Source: an uncultured Oscillospiraceae bacterium
GTDB lineage: Bacteria; Bacillota; Clostridia; Oscillospirales; Ruminococcaceae
Length of the DNA stretch: 64,000 nt
Direction: 5' to 3'
Assembly (NCBI GenBank): GCA_949741215.1
Contig: CATJLA010000101.1
Span: 5,355 to 69,354, forward strand
Shown here: piece after piece, positions 36,275-43,916 of the stretch
How positions within the stretch are numbered: position 1 is the first letter of the stretch
How the letters are laid out: every line of letters starts with the position of its first letter
Notes under the pieces: model-generated
The model's database searches: none
What the model was told of the DNA's origin: nothing
Seen by the model: only the letters and a program-made list of their open reading frames with translations
Made by a program: the position numbers and the translations under genes

Positions 36275-37174
36275 ATGGCGCGAAGAGATTCTTACCGTGT
36301 GCGGTATTTTATTCTGGCCTTTTGTACCTCTTTTTTGCTGCTGTTCAGCATCGCGGCGGCTTTTCTTGCCTGGGAGAACACCCTCCCGGCCCCTGCGCCC
36401 CGGCAAACACCGGTACAGGCCTCCTCTTCTCAGGCTGATTTTTACTACCCTGACCCCGCCCACAGCCTGACAGTGCTGTTCATTGGCTCGGAAAAAAAGG
36501 AAGATGTGGCTTACACCTATATTCTGGTGCAGTTTAATCCGGAGGACGGGCAGATCCCGGTATTTGCTTTTCCGCCCCAAACCATCGTGGAGGTCAACGG
36601 CTCTTCCTCTCCCCTTTCAGACGTTTACCGCTATGGGGGGTACGCTCTGGTGCTGCAAAGTCTGCAGGAGACCTTTGGCATCCGGATTGACCGCTATGTG
36701 CGGATGCAGTGGGACAACTTTCTCAAAATCGCGGATGCTATAGGCTCGGTGGAATACAATCTCAAGTTTGACGTAACCTCGCCTGCCGGCTCGGGGGTGA
36801 TCCCGCTTACCAAGGGCCTGCAGCTGATTGACGGCAAAAAAGCGCTGAATATCCTTACCTACCAGAACTTTCCCGGCGGGGAGCTTACCCGGGCGGAAAT
36901 TGCCGCTGAGTTTACCGCACAGATCATTAACAACCGGCTGGACACGGCCCTCTCTCCCACAGGGGAGATTTTGTTTAAAACGATTATCAACCTGATTGAT
37001 ACCGACATCAGCTACCTGGATTTTGAGGAACGGCAGAGAGCCGCGGAGTATATGACCCGGCTGGGCTACCTGCCTGCCGCAAACCTGCCTATTACAGGCG
37101 AATACAGCCAGGACGGCAGTGCGTTTACCCTTTCCAGCAACACAACGGCACTGCTTTCCGGGATGTTTTCATAA
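36275..37174 (+). CDS. LytR-CpsA-Psr (LCP) family protein
   Basis: N-terminal TM anchor, then DRYVRMQWDNFLKIADAIGSVEYNL...GLQLIDGKKALNILTYQ, which is LCP-domain-like. I chose the start at MARRDSY after the purine-rich GGAAAGGGGAAAGG. Confidence 0.7.
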   Translation: MARRDSYRVRYFILAFCTSFLLLFSIAAAFLAWENTLPAPAPRQTPVQASSSQADFYYPDPAHSLTVLFIGSEKKEDVAYTYILVQFNPEDGQIPVFAFPPQTIVEVNGSSSPLSDVYRYGGYALVLQSLQETFGIRIDRYVRMQWDNFLKIADAIGSVEYNLKFDVTSPAGSGVIPLTKGLQLIDGKKALNILTYQNFPGGELTRAEIAAEFTAQIINNRLDTALSPTGEILFKTIINLIDTDISYLDFEERQRAAEYMTRLGYLPAANLPITGEYSQDGSAFTLSSNTTALLSGMFS

Positions 37175-37282
37175 CCATGGGGCTTTCAACAGGGCCGCGG
37201 AACAGTAAGAGCTGTTTCGTCCCCCAAAAAGCCGAAAAATGGTGTAAAGCTGCGCCCAAACGGGCAAAAAAGGAGGATTTTT

Positions 37283-37822
37283 ATGGATTTAAAAGGAAGC
37301 CGTACCGAGGGAAATTTGGTGTCCGCCCTGGCTGGGGAGTCTCAGGCAGCGGTGAAGTATGAAATCTACGCCGAGAAGGCCCGGAAGGAGGGCTACCGGC
37401 AGATTGCCGCCATCTTCCAGGAAACCGCCAAAAACGAGCTGGCCCATGCCACCGTTTGGATGGAAACCATTTACGGCGGCAGCATCTCCAGCACAACGGA
37501 GAATCTGGCATCCGCCCAGGAGGGAGAGCATTTTGAGTGGAGCGAAATGTACGCCGAATATGCCAAGGTGGCCCGGGAGGAGGGCTTTCAGGACATTGCC
37601 CGGCGGTTTGACCAGGTGGCCAGCATTGAAAAAGCCCACGACCAGCGGTACACCGCGTTGAAAAACAACCTGAGCAAGGGGGAGGTTTTCAAAAAGCCCC
37701 AGCCGGTTGCCTGGGTCTGCCGGAACTGCGGCTTTATTTACACCGGAATGGAGGCCCCGGCCAAGTGCCCGGTATGCAGCCATCCGCAGGCGTTTTTTCA
37801 AAAGCAGGCGGAAAACTATTAA
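37283..37822 (+). CDS. rbr: Rubrerythrin
   Basis: Ferritin-like diiron N-domain (TEGNLVSALAGESQA..KY...A..EG) and a C-terminal rubredoxin-like CRNCGFIY...CPVC. Confidence 0.92.
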   Translation: MDLKGSRTEGNLVSALAGESQAAVKYEIYAEKARKEGYRQIAAIFQETAKNELAHATVWMETIYGGSISSTTENLASAQEGEHFEWSEMYAEYAKVAREEGFQDIARRFDQVASIEKAHDQRYTALKNNLSKGEVFKKPQPVAWVCRNCGFIYTGMEAPAKCPVCSHPQAFFQKQAENY

Positions 37823-37836
37823 AATAACGCACAAAA

Positions 37837-37887
37837 GCTCCCGGCTCACGACGTCCCTGAAAAGACGCCGGAGCCGGGAGCTTTTAT
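37837..37887 (+). terminator. Rho-independent terminator after rbr
   Basis: AGCTCCCGGCTC, a 22-nt loop, GAGCCGGGAGCT, then TTTTA. The loop contains ACGACGTCCCTGAAAAGACG, a copy of the intergenic motif. Confidence 0.8.
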
Positions 37888-37915
37888 ACGGAAGCCCGGC
37901 AAAATAAACCGGCTG

Positions 37916-38866
37916 TTACGTCCCGGAGGCAGGCGCCGGAATATGCTGCTCCAGCCAATCCAGCAGGTTTTGATAAACCTCCGCACGGTTGGTTTCGTTC
38001 AGCATTTCATGCCGTCCCTCATGGTACAGGCGCAGAGAAACCTCCCGCACCCCTGCCTGACGCAGCTGCTTTACCACCTTTTCCACCCCTTTGCCATAGC
38101 TGCCCACCGGGTCCTGGTCCCCGGAGAAAAAGTATACCGGCAGCTGCTTGGGGTACCGCTGAAACCATTCTTTTGTATTGGAAAGCCGGTTGAGCAGAAA
38201 CAAATCCCGATATGCGCTGGCAGTAAAGGTAAAATTGCAGTAAGGGTCCTGGCAGTAGCGGTCCACCATTTCGGTATCCCGAGAAAGCCAGTCCTTATCG
38301 GTACGCTGGGGACGAAAGTGGCTGTTGTAGGTGCCAAAGGCCATCTGTGTTACCATTTGGGGACGGTAGCGCACCCCTTTTTTCCGGATAACCTGATCCA
38401 CAATCCCGATCCCCACCGGGCCTGCGGGGTTGCCGGCCCCGGTACCGGAATAAACAGCCCCGGCCAGAAAATCCTTCATCTCCAAGGTTGCCAGCCTTGC
38501 CACAAAGGAGCCCATGCTGTGGCCCATCAAAAAGTACGGCAGCCCCGGGTGCTCTTTGCGGATCATCTCCGCCAGCAAAGTGACGTCCGCAATCAGATAT
38601 TTGTAGCCGTCCTTTGGGGCAAAATAGCCCAGGTTTTCCTCTGAGCCGGCGGTTTTGCCATGGCCCAGGTGATCATGCCCCACAACGATATACCCCGCCT
38701 GAGCCAGATATTCCATAAAATCCCGGTAACGGTCAATATACTCGCACATGCCGTGTACGATCTGCACAATGCCCTTTACCGGCTGCCCGTCGTCCGGCTG
38801 CACCTGGAGATAGGAAACCAGGGTTTTGCCGTCAGACGACACAAAGCTGTCGTTTGTAATTTTCAT
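37916..38866 (-). CDS. Alpha/beta hydrolase (lysophospholipase/monoacylglycerol-lipase-like)
   Basis: HGMCEYIDRY...GHDHLGHGKT...MGHSMGSF (GxSxG nucleophile elbow). 316 aa. Confidence 0.8.
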   Translation of the reverse strand: MKITNDSFVSSDGKTLVSYLQVQPDDGQPVKGIVQIVHGMCEYIDRYRDFMEYLAQAGYIVVGHDHLGHGKTAGSEENLGYFAPKDGYKYLIADVTLLAEMIRKEHPGLPYFLMGHSMGSFVARLATLEMKDFLAGAVYSGTGAGNPAGPVGIGIVDQVIRKKGVRYRPQMVTQMAFGTYNSHFRPQRTDKDWLSRDTEMVDRYCQDPYCNFTFTASAYRDLFLLNRLSNTKEWFQRYPKQLPVYFFSGDQDPVGSYGKGVEKVVKQLRQAGVREVSLRLYHEGRHEMLNETNRAEVYQNLLDWLEQHIPAPASGT

Positions 38867-38904
38867 AAATGCTCCCTCCTCGTTTTTGCCGCCTGATCAC
38901 CGCT

Positions 38905-39354
38905 TCAGGCGATATCATCCTCCGTGGGCAGGCTGGAAAAGCCGCCTTCGCTGTCCACTGTAAAAAAGGAAATGTGGGTAAACTTGTTCCAAAGGGCCTG
39001 CAGTACCGAGTTGCGGGCCTGAGGCATACCGGTAACCACATTCACCGCCCGGTTCTGCTTCAGAAAACGAATCAGCGCTTTAGCAGGGTCGTCGTAATAT
39101 AAAATAGACATATCCGCGCCGTTCTCCTTGGATACATCGAACAGATGCTGCATAGCCTCGCCGTCTGTTCCGGCAAAGGTTGGGTGGGTAACATGAACCA
39201 CCAGCAGTTCTGTCCCCGAAATATTGGCGATCACCCGGCCGGCCCGGATCAGCCTCTCACAGCTAAACTGATTGGTAACACAAACGATAGTGGTTTTATT
39301 CTCCGGCTGTTCTCCCGCTTTTCCATACTTCTCATAACTGTATTTCATAAACAT
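38905..39354 (-). CDS. Universal-stress-protein-like (USP/KdpD-Usp type) domain protein
   Basis: 149 aa reading TIVCVTNQFSCERLIRAGRVIA...LLVVHV, a Usp-like alpha/beta pattern. This is a weak assignment. Confidence 0.5.
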   Translation of the reverse strand: MFMKYSYEKYGKAGEQPENKTTIVCVTNQFSCERLIRAGRVIANISGTELLVVHVTHPTFAGTDGEAMQHLFDVSKENGADMSILYYDDPAKALIRFLKQNRAVNVVTGMPQARNSVLQALWNKFTHISFFTVDSEGGFSSLPTEDDIA

Positions 39355-39503
39355 TCTCCTTATCCATATGCACAGGGTTTGTAAGCGAGCTTTTCGTTTC
39401 TCTTCACGTTTATATTATATCTGATATTTATGAAAAATTTATGAAATTACAAAGAATCTTTCACACCTTTTTAGTGAATGGTATAAGTCTATTCCGTTAA
39501 GCC

Positions 39504-39560
39504 GAAAAAAAGCGCCTGCCCCCGCTTTCTGTCCTTTTAGGACGTAAGCGGGGGCAGGCG
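39504..39560 (-). terminator. Strong (bidirectional-looking) terminator after the CotH gene
   Basis: AAAAAAA-GCGCCTGCCCCCGCT, a 20-nt loop, AGCGGGGGCAGGCG. The loop is ttctGTCCttttaGGACgta, a copy of the intergenic motif. Confidence 0.85.
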
Positions 39561-39604
39561 TCTAATATTTTGGGGGAAATTCCTCTGTGTTCTGCAGGGT
39601 CCGG

Positions 39605-41614
39605 CTACCATTTTTTGTAAAGCTTAGCCACCAAAACTCCCGCCAGCAGTACCGTCCCGGAAACAAGCAGTAAAATCAGCTGTTGCCCCTCCCCGGAGCC
39701 GCCGCTGCCTGGCTGCTCCCCTCTGCCCATTTCCGGAAAAGCCATCCGCTGGGCTGGCTGGAACTCACCTTCTCCGGCATTGCCCTCTGGCTGTGCGGGG
39801 GAATTTCCCGCCTCCTGTCCGTCAAGCTGCCCCTGCTGCCGCTCAAAGCCGCCCCGGTTGCCGCCGCCCTCATTGTTGTTGCCCATGGCGGAAAGGGATA
39901 GATGAGAAGCATCCACTAAGGCGGAGCCGTTCTCCCGCTGGCCCTCGGTGGTGGAAGGAATGGCGCCATCCAGCTGGCCCTCCACGCTGTCTGCCCTCAA
40001 AAGACAAAACTCCTTCAGCACAGCAACTCCCTGCTCAAATTCCTCAAAGCTGCAAAAGGCGGTAGGGTCCTTTTCCACATAGGGGGAAATTAAGGCGGCA
40101 GTTTCGTCCACCAAAGCTATAAAAGAGCCGTCCTCAAATTGCTGCAGAAACTCCTTATAAACCTGGTGATACTGCTGCGTATACTGTTCATCCTCAAAAA
40201 TCCAGGCCACCATAGGGCGGTCAGAAAGCTCCCCGCTGCTTACCGGGGAGTCAATCGGCAAGTTGACCTGCCCGGTGGCGTCCCCACCTCCAAAGCCTCC
40301 AAAGGCCAGGTTGTAGTCCCACGGGATCATGGCAAGCTGTCCGTCCTTCTCATACAGGTAGTAGTTATGGACAATGCTGCCGGTGTAGCTGTCATCATTG
40401 CACAAAAAGTTATGCACCGCAAAGTACCGGATTACCTGCTCGATATCCACCGCTGAAGCATCCCCCTCCGAAAGGGCCTTTAGGGAGGCAATCAGCCGCT
40501 GTTGGTCCTGCTCGGTAACATCGGTTTTGCTGTTCTCAAAAATATTGCTGTAGCTGGCCGGGTCGTCGTCAATGTATTGCAGCTTGACGTCGCTGCTGCC
40601 CATACTGCCCATGCCTCCGCCAAAGCCGCCCCGGTTGCCAAAGCCTCGGTTGCCGGCGTTCTGCCCTGGGGTTTCCCCCTCTGCAGGGGCATTTCCAGCG
40701 TCCTCTTGCCCTTGGGACAGCAGTGCATCCCCCGATTCTCCGGCCTTAGGCAAGGCCTCTCCGTTCCTGCCGCCCTGCTCATTCTGCCCACCGGGAGGAT
40801 TCCCTGCAGGCTCCATATTTCCGGCATTCCTTTCCTGGAAGCCTTGGGGCAGCTCAGGGGGCTGGCCGTTGCCGTCAAAAGCGCCGTCATCCTCCACGGG
40901 GGGCTGCCCGTTGCCCGAAAAGCTTCCCGCCGGCTGCCCGTCCCCAAAATTGGGCGGATTTTCAGGCGAAAAGTCCCCTTTGGCGCCGGCTCCCCCGCCG
41001 CCCATATCCGTGCTGTCCGGCTTGTAAAGTTTGCCGTAATTCGAGCCGTAATTGCGTTGGAGAAAAGCCTCTTCAACCCCCTCTACCGCCAGATAAAGCC
41101 CCCAGTCCTCTCCGTTTACCGTGATATAAACAAAGCTGCACAGCGGCGAAGCCACCCCCGCACGGGCCATCAGCGTGTAAGAGAGGTAGTCCTTGAGATA
41201 GGTGTTATCCTGCACGATGTTATTCAGCGCCAGCTTATCCAGGCCGTAGTAGCTGCCGCCGGAATGATACTTATCGAACTCGATTTTGAAGCTGTACCGG
41301 TTGTTGCCATAGGACTGCACCGTGGTAAGGGAGCTGTTCCCCTTGGCGCGGATTCCCACGTTTTTATAAGCCTCGCCGTCAATCACCACACTGCAGGCGA
41401 CGTACTGCTCGTCGGTGCAGGTTGCCAAAAAGCCTTCCCAATCCTCCATCACCAGGTCAATGGTGTGTACCCGGGAGGTGTCAAACAGGCGGGTTTCATA
41501 TCCCATCTGATTTTCCGCCTGGGCAAAGGAGAGGTTTCCCAGCAAAAGGGCAACAGCCAGGCAAATCACCATGACAAAACAGCAGATTTTATCAATATAT
41601 CGGTGTTTGAGCAT
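39605..41614 (-). CDS. CotH kinase family protein with Gly/Pro/Asn-rich insert and C-terminal TM anchor
   Basis: HTIDLVM...YVACSVVIDGEAYKNVGIRAKGNSS...RYSFKIEFDKY...LALNN...DYLSY...NGEDWGLYLAVE...LYKPD is typical CotH. A low-complexity region spans about aa 205-345. The C-terminus LILLLVSGTVLLAGVLVAKLY is hydrophobic. Confidence 0.85.
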   Translation of the reverse strand: MLKHRYIDKICCFVMVICLAVALLLGNLSFAQAENQMGYETRLFDTSRVHTIDLVMEDWEGFLATCTDEQYVACSVVIDGEAYKNVGIRAKGNSSLTTVQSYGNNRYSFKIEFDKYHSGGSYYGLDKLALNNIVQDNTYLKDYLSYTLMARAGVASPLCSFVYITVNGEDWGLYLAVEGVEEAFLQRNYGSNYGKLYKPDSTDMGGGGAGAKGDFSPENPPNFGDGQPAGSFSGNGQPPVEDDGAFDGNGQPPELPQGFQERNAGNMEPAGNPPGGQNEQGGRNGEALPKAGESGDALLSQGQEDAGNAPAEGETPGQNAGNRGFGNRGGFGGGMGSMGSSDVKLQYIDDDPASYSNIFENSKTDVTEQDQQRLIASLKALSEGDASAVDIEQVIRYFAVHNFLCNDDSYTGSIVHNYYLYEKDGQLAMIPWDYNLAFGGFGGGDATGQVNLPIDSPVSSGELSDRPMVAWIFEDEQYTQQYHQVYKEFLQQFEDGSFIALVDETAALISPYVEKDPTAFCSFEEFEQGVAVLKEFCLLRADSVEGQLDGAIPSTTEGQRENGSALVDASHLSLSAMGNNNEGGGNRGGFERQQGQLDGQEAGNSPAQPEGNAGEGEFQPAQRMAFPEMGRGEQPGSGGSGEGQQLILLLVSGTVLLAGVLVAKLYKKW

Positions 41615-41650
41615 TCATTCGCCCATCCTTTCTGTTGATTTATGCCGGCT

Positions 41651-42325
41651 TTATCCCAGATAATCCCCGTTATAGCTTACCAGAACAGCGCTTTCCACCC
41701 CATCCAGCTGGGAAAGCTCGGTAATAAATCCGCCGTTGCCGGACTTCAGCCGCACCTCATAATTCAGCTCAATCTGCCCGGCTCGGGCGCTCTGGCTTTT
41801 CAGCACAGCCCGGTTTACCTGCTGCTCCAAAAAGGCTTTGGCGCGGGCCTCCCCCTCTGGGCTGCTACATCCAATTACCACTACAAAAGGATTTTCTGAG
41901 GGCTTTTTGTTGGCAAATACCAGCAGGATCAGCCCAATGCCCACGCTGCCGATTACCGCCAGAGGGATCATCCCCGCCGCCAAAACAATACCGGCTGCAA
42001 TAGACCAAAACAGAAAAGCGATGTCCAAGGGCTCCTTAATAGCGGTACGGAACCGTACAATCGAAAGGGCGCCCACCATACCAAGAGAGAGCACCACGTT
42101 GGAGGTAACTGCCAGAATCACCAGGGTAGTAATCATGGTAAGAGCAATCAATGTAACGCCAAAGCTGGAGGAATACATCACCCCGGCAAAGGTTTTTTTG
42201 TAGATCAAAAAGATAAACATCCCCACCCCAAAGGCAAGAATCAGGGCAATAGCCATATCCAAAAGGGAAACTCCGGTAATATTCTCCAAAAAGCTGGATT
42301 TAAAAATGTCAGAAAAATTTATCAT
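41651..42325 (-). CDS. DUF4956-like membrane protein
   Basis: The start MINFSDIFKSSFLE comes 7 nt after AAGGAG. Multi-TM N-half with LSIVRFRTAIKEPLDIAFLFW and a soluble C-half. The pattern is as in DUF4956 proteins. Confidence 0.7.
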   Translation of the reverse strand: MINFSDIFKSSFLENITGVSLLDMAIALILAFGVGMFIFLIYKKTFAGVMYSSSFGVTLIALTMITTLVILAVTSNVVLSLGMVGALSIVRFRTAIKEPLDIAFLFWSIAAGIVLAAGMIPLAVIGSVGIGLILLVFANKKPSENPFVVVIGCSSPEGEARAKAFLEQQVNRAVLKSQSARAGQIELNYEVRLKSGNGGFITELSQLDGVESAVLVSYNGDYLG

Positions 42326-42437
42326 AGTAATACTCCTTCTCTGCAAATCAATGTGTAGTATCTTTCGTTTTATTTCTATTGTAAGACGTCGTTATGTCTT
42401 CTGCTTTCGTGAAAGCTTGGCGCACCGGGGGCAAAAA

Positions 42438-43112
42438 TTACCCGTACAGCCTGCAGGCCTGGTACTTGGAAAACGCTGTGCTGTGCCGTCCTGAAAGCTG
42501 TACCGCCCGCCGGATAGCCTCCGGCAAAAATTCGTCCCACTTTACCTCCAGCAAAATCACCTGCTCCCCTGCCGGAACGGTAAGGCTTTGCGGGTTTAGA
42601 AAATCGGTACTGTACAGCCCTGTACGGATATGATAATCCAATGTTACCCGCACATTGCCAGGTGGGTAAACATAGGGCTCACGGGTATATTCCACAATGG
42701 TTTTAGGGCGCAGCTGCTGGGATTGCATCTTACTGTAAAGCTCTATTACAAGGGGTTTTTGGCTTGTTGGCATCCAGGCGGTGTTTCCGTCCAGCAGCGC
42801 CTGCACCTCTTTGGCTGTAAGGTTTTCTGCCCGCTTTTGGCACAGGCCGTTGAATTTGCTTTTTTTCTCAAGATGAATCACCGTGCTGTCTCCGTTATAC
42901 AGCCGGAGACGAAATTTCTCCCGCTCATTCACCCCGTCGATCTTCTCCCGCAGAGCTTTGTCGGAGGGGGTGTCAAAGTAAAGGCTCCGAATAGTATAAA
43001 AGCCGTCCCTGCCGGCATGGGGATCCGGAGACATCACAGCACCCAGACGCTGGCGCAGCGCGATCCTGTCCGAAAAGCTAATAATATGCTTCCATTCGTT
43101 GCGATAATCCAT
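42438..43112 (-). CDS. VTC-domain (polyphosphate-polymerase-like, CYTH/tunnel fold) protein
   Basis: MDYRNEWKHII...YTIRSLYFDTPSDKALREKIDGVNEREKFRLRLY is typical of the bacterial VTC domain. I chose the start at the internal Met after AAGGAGAG. Confidence 0.75.
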   Translation of the reverse strand: MDYRNEWKHIISFSDRIALRQRLGAVMSPDPHAGRDGFYTIRSLYFDTPSDKALREKIDGVNEREKFRLRLYNGDSTVIHLEKKSKFNGLCQKRAENLTAKEVQALLDGNTAWMPTSQKPLVIELYSKMQSQQLRPKTIVEYTREPYVYPPGNVRVTLDYHIRTGLYSTDFLNPQSLTVPAGEQVILLEVKWDEFLPEAIRRAVQLSGRHSTAFSKYQACRLYG

Positions 43113-43478
43113 AAAGCTCTCCTTTTTTCTTAGGATGCCCTTATCATACCGCCTGAACCTTAAATAAGGCTTAAGAAACATCGGCAAGCCTTAAACATTC
43201 GTCGGATAAATTATTAAATTTCTTAAAATCATCTTGGCTGGGGAGATATTTTATTGTTTAACTAAATTCCTTTATTCCTCTTATATAGTCTTCCTGTAAG
43301 GATAAGGCTCCGGCCGCCCTTGCGGGCATGGCCAATCCCTCCGCTTCGCATAAAGGGACTTTTTTAAGGAATACCCTGCGGGATTCAAATGGCCGTGGAA
43401 ACCGGTCGGCTGCGCCTCCCTCTCCACATGGCCAAAAAAATTTACTCCGCTGCGCTTCGTAAATTTTTCAAAAACCCC

Positions 43479-43537
43479 TTGACAATTGAGTAGTTGTTCA
43501 ATTATAATAACAGCAGAAGTTGAGTGATTGCTCAATT
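43479..43537 (+). promoter_or_regulatory. Promoter of the metal ATPase operon with two ArsR/SmtB-type operator-like imperfect palindromes
   Basis: TTGACA (43479-43484), an 18-nt spacer, then TATAAT (43503-43508). AATTGAGTAGTTGTTCAATT (43484-43503) fills the spacer. A 16/20-identical copy, AGTTGAGTGATTGCTCAATT (43518-43537), lies just downstream. Confidence 0.6.
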
Positions 43538-43679
43538 ATTCAAAACGGGGGCTTTCAAACAAAAAGAGGCTTTCCGCAATGTTCCAAAACACAGGCGGGC
43601 AGGACGTCCGCAAAGACTACAGCAACATACACTAATACTTATTGTAAGGGCAAAAGCCCAAAGAAAGGGAGGCATTTTT

Positions 43680-43901
43680 ATGAAAAAGGCGTTTCGGTTA
43701 GTTGGGTTGGACTTTCCAAACTGTGCTGCTAAAATTGAGGCGGAGGTACAGAAGATTCCCGGTATTACTGCGGCCTCGGTAAACTTTATGACCACCAAAA
43801 TGACTTTGGAGGCTGAGCGGGAGGCCATGCCCGCTATCGTGGAACAGGCCACCGCTATTGTGAAGAAGCTGGAGCCGGATGTGGAAGTTGTGAAAGCATA
43901 G
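43680..43901 (+). CDS. Stand-alone heavy-metal-associated (HMA) domain protein with degenerate metal motif
   Basis: MKKAFRLVGLDFPNCAAKIEAEV...MTLE has an HMA fold pattern, but the usual C-x-x-C is reduced to F-P-N-C. It is in the same reading frame as the downstream ATPase, separated by TAG plus 4 codons. Confidence 0.7.
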   Translation: MKKAFRLVGLDFPNCAAKIEAEVQKIPGITAASVNFMTTKMTLEAEREAMPAIVEQATAIVKKLEPDVEVVKA

Positions 43902-43916
43902 CGGGAGGCTGTTGCC

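Noticed and set aside
39431-39452. Direct repeat ATTTATGAAA x2 in the AT-rich region upstream of the USP-like gene.
   Set aside because: It is short, AT-rich and unique in the window. It lies near a TATAAT but gives no further support for a specific regulator.
43281-43535. 84-aa minus-strand ORF and an odd GC-rich stretch (…GGCTCCGGCCGCCCTTGCGGGCATGGCC…CTCCGCTTCGC…CTCCGCTGCGCTTCG…) upstream of the ATPase promoter.
   Set aside because: The ORF overlaps the promoter and operator and has no RBS or family features. The stretch has only short internal repeats and one bulged hairpin. I could not tie it to any RNA family or to the other repeats, so it is left as unexplained spacer.
43113-43679. Possible replication origin. 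Gene orientation flips from almost all-minus to mixed near 43.3 kb, with parS sites on both sides.
   Set aside because: There is no dnaA/dnaN, no cluster of DnaA boxes (TTATCCACA-like) and no AT-rich unwinding element. Genes to the right are of mixed orientation, not uniformly plus. parS sites only indicate origin-proximity.
43899-43901. In-frame TAG between HMA and ATPase as a pyrrolysine or programmed read-through codon.
   Set aside because: No pyl genes or PYLIS-like context are visible. A strong RBS and ATG lie immediately downstream. A simple two-cistron or nonsense-split explanation suffices.
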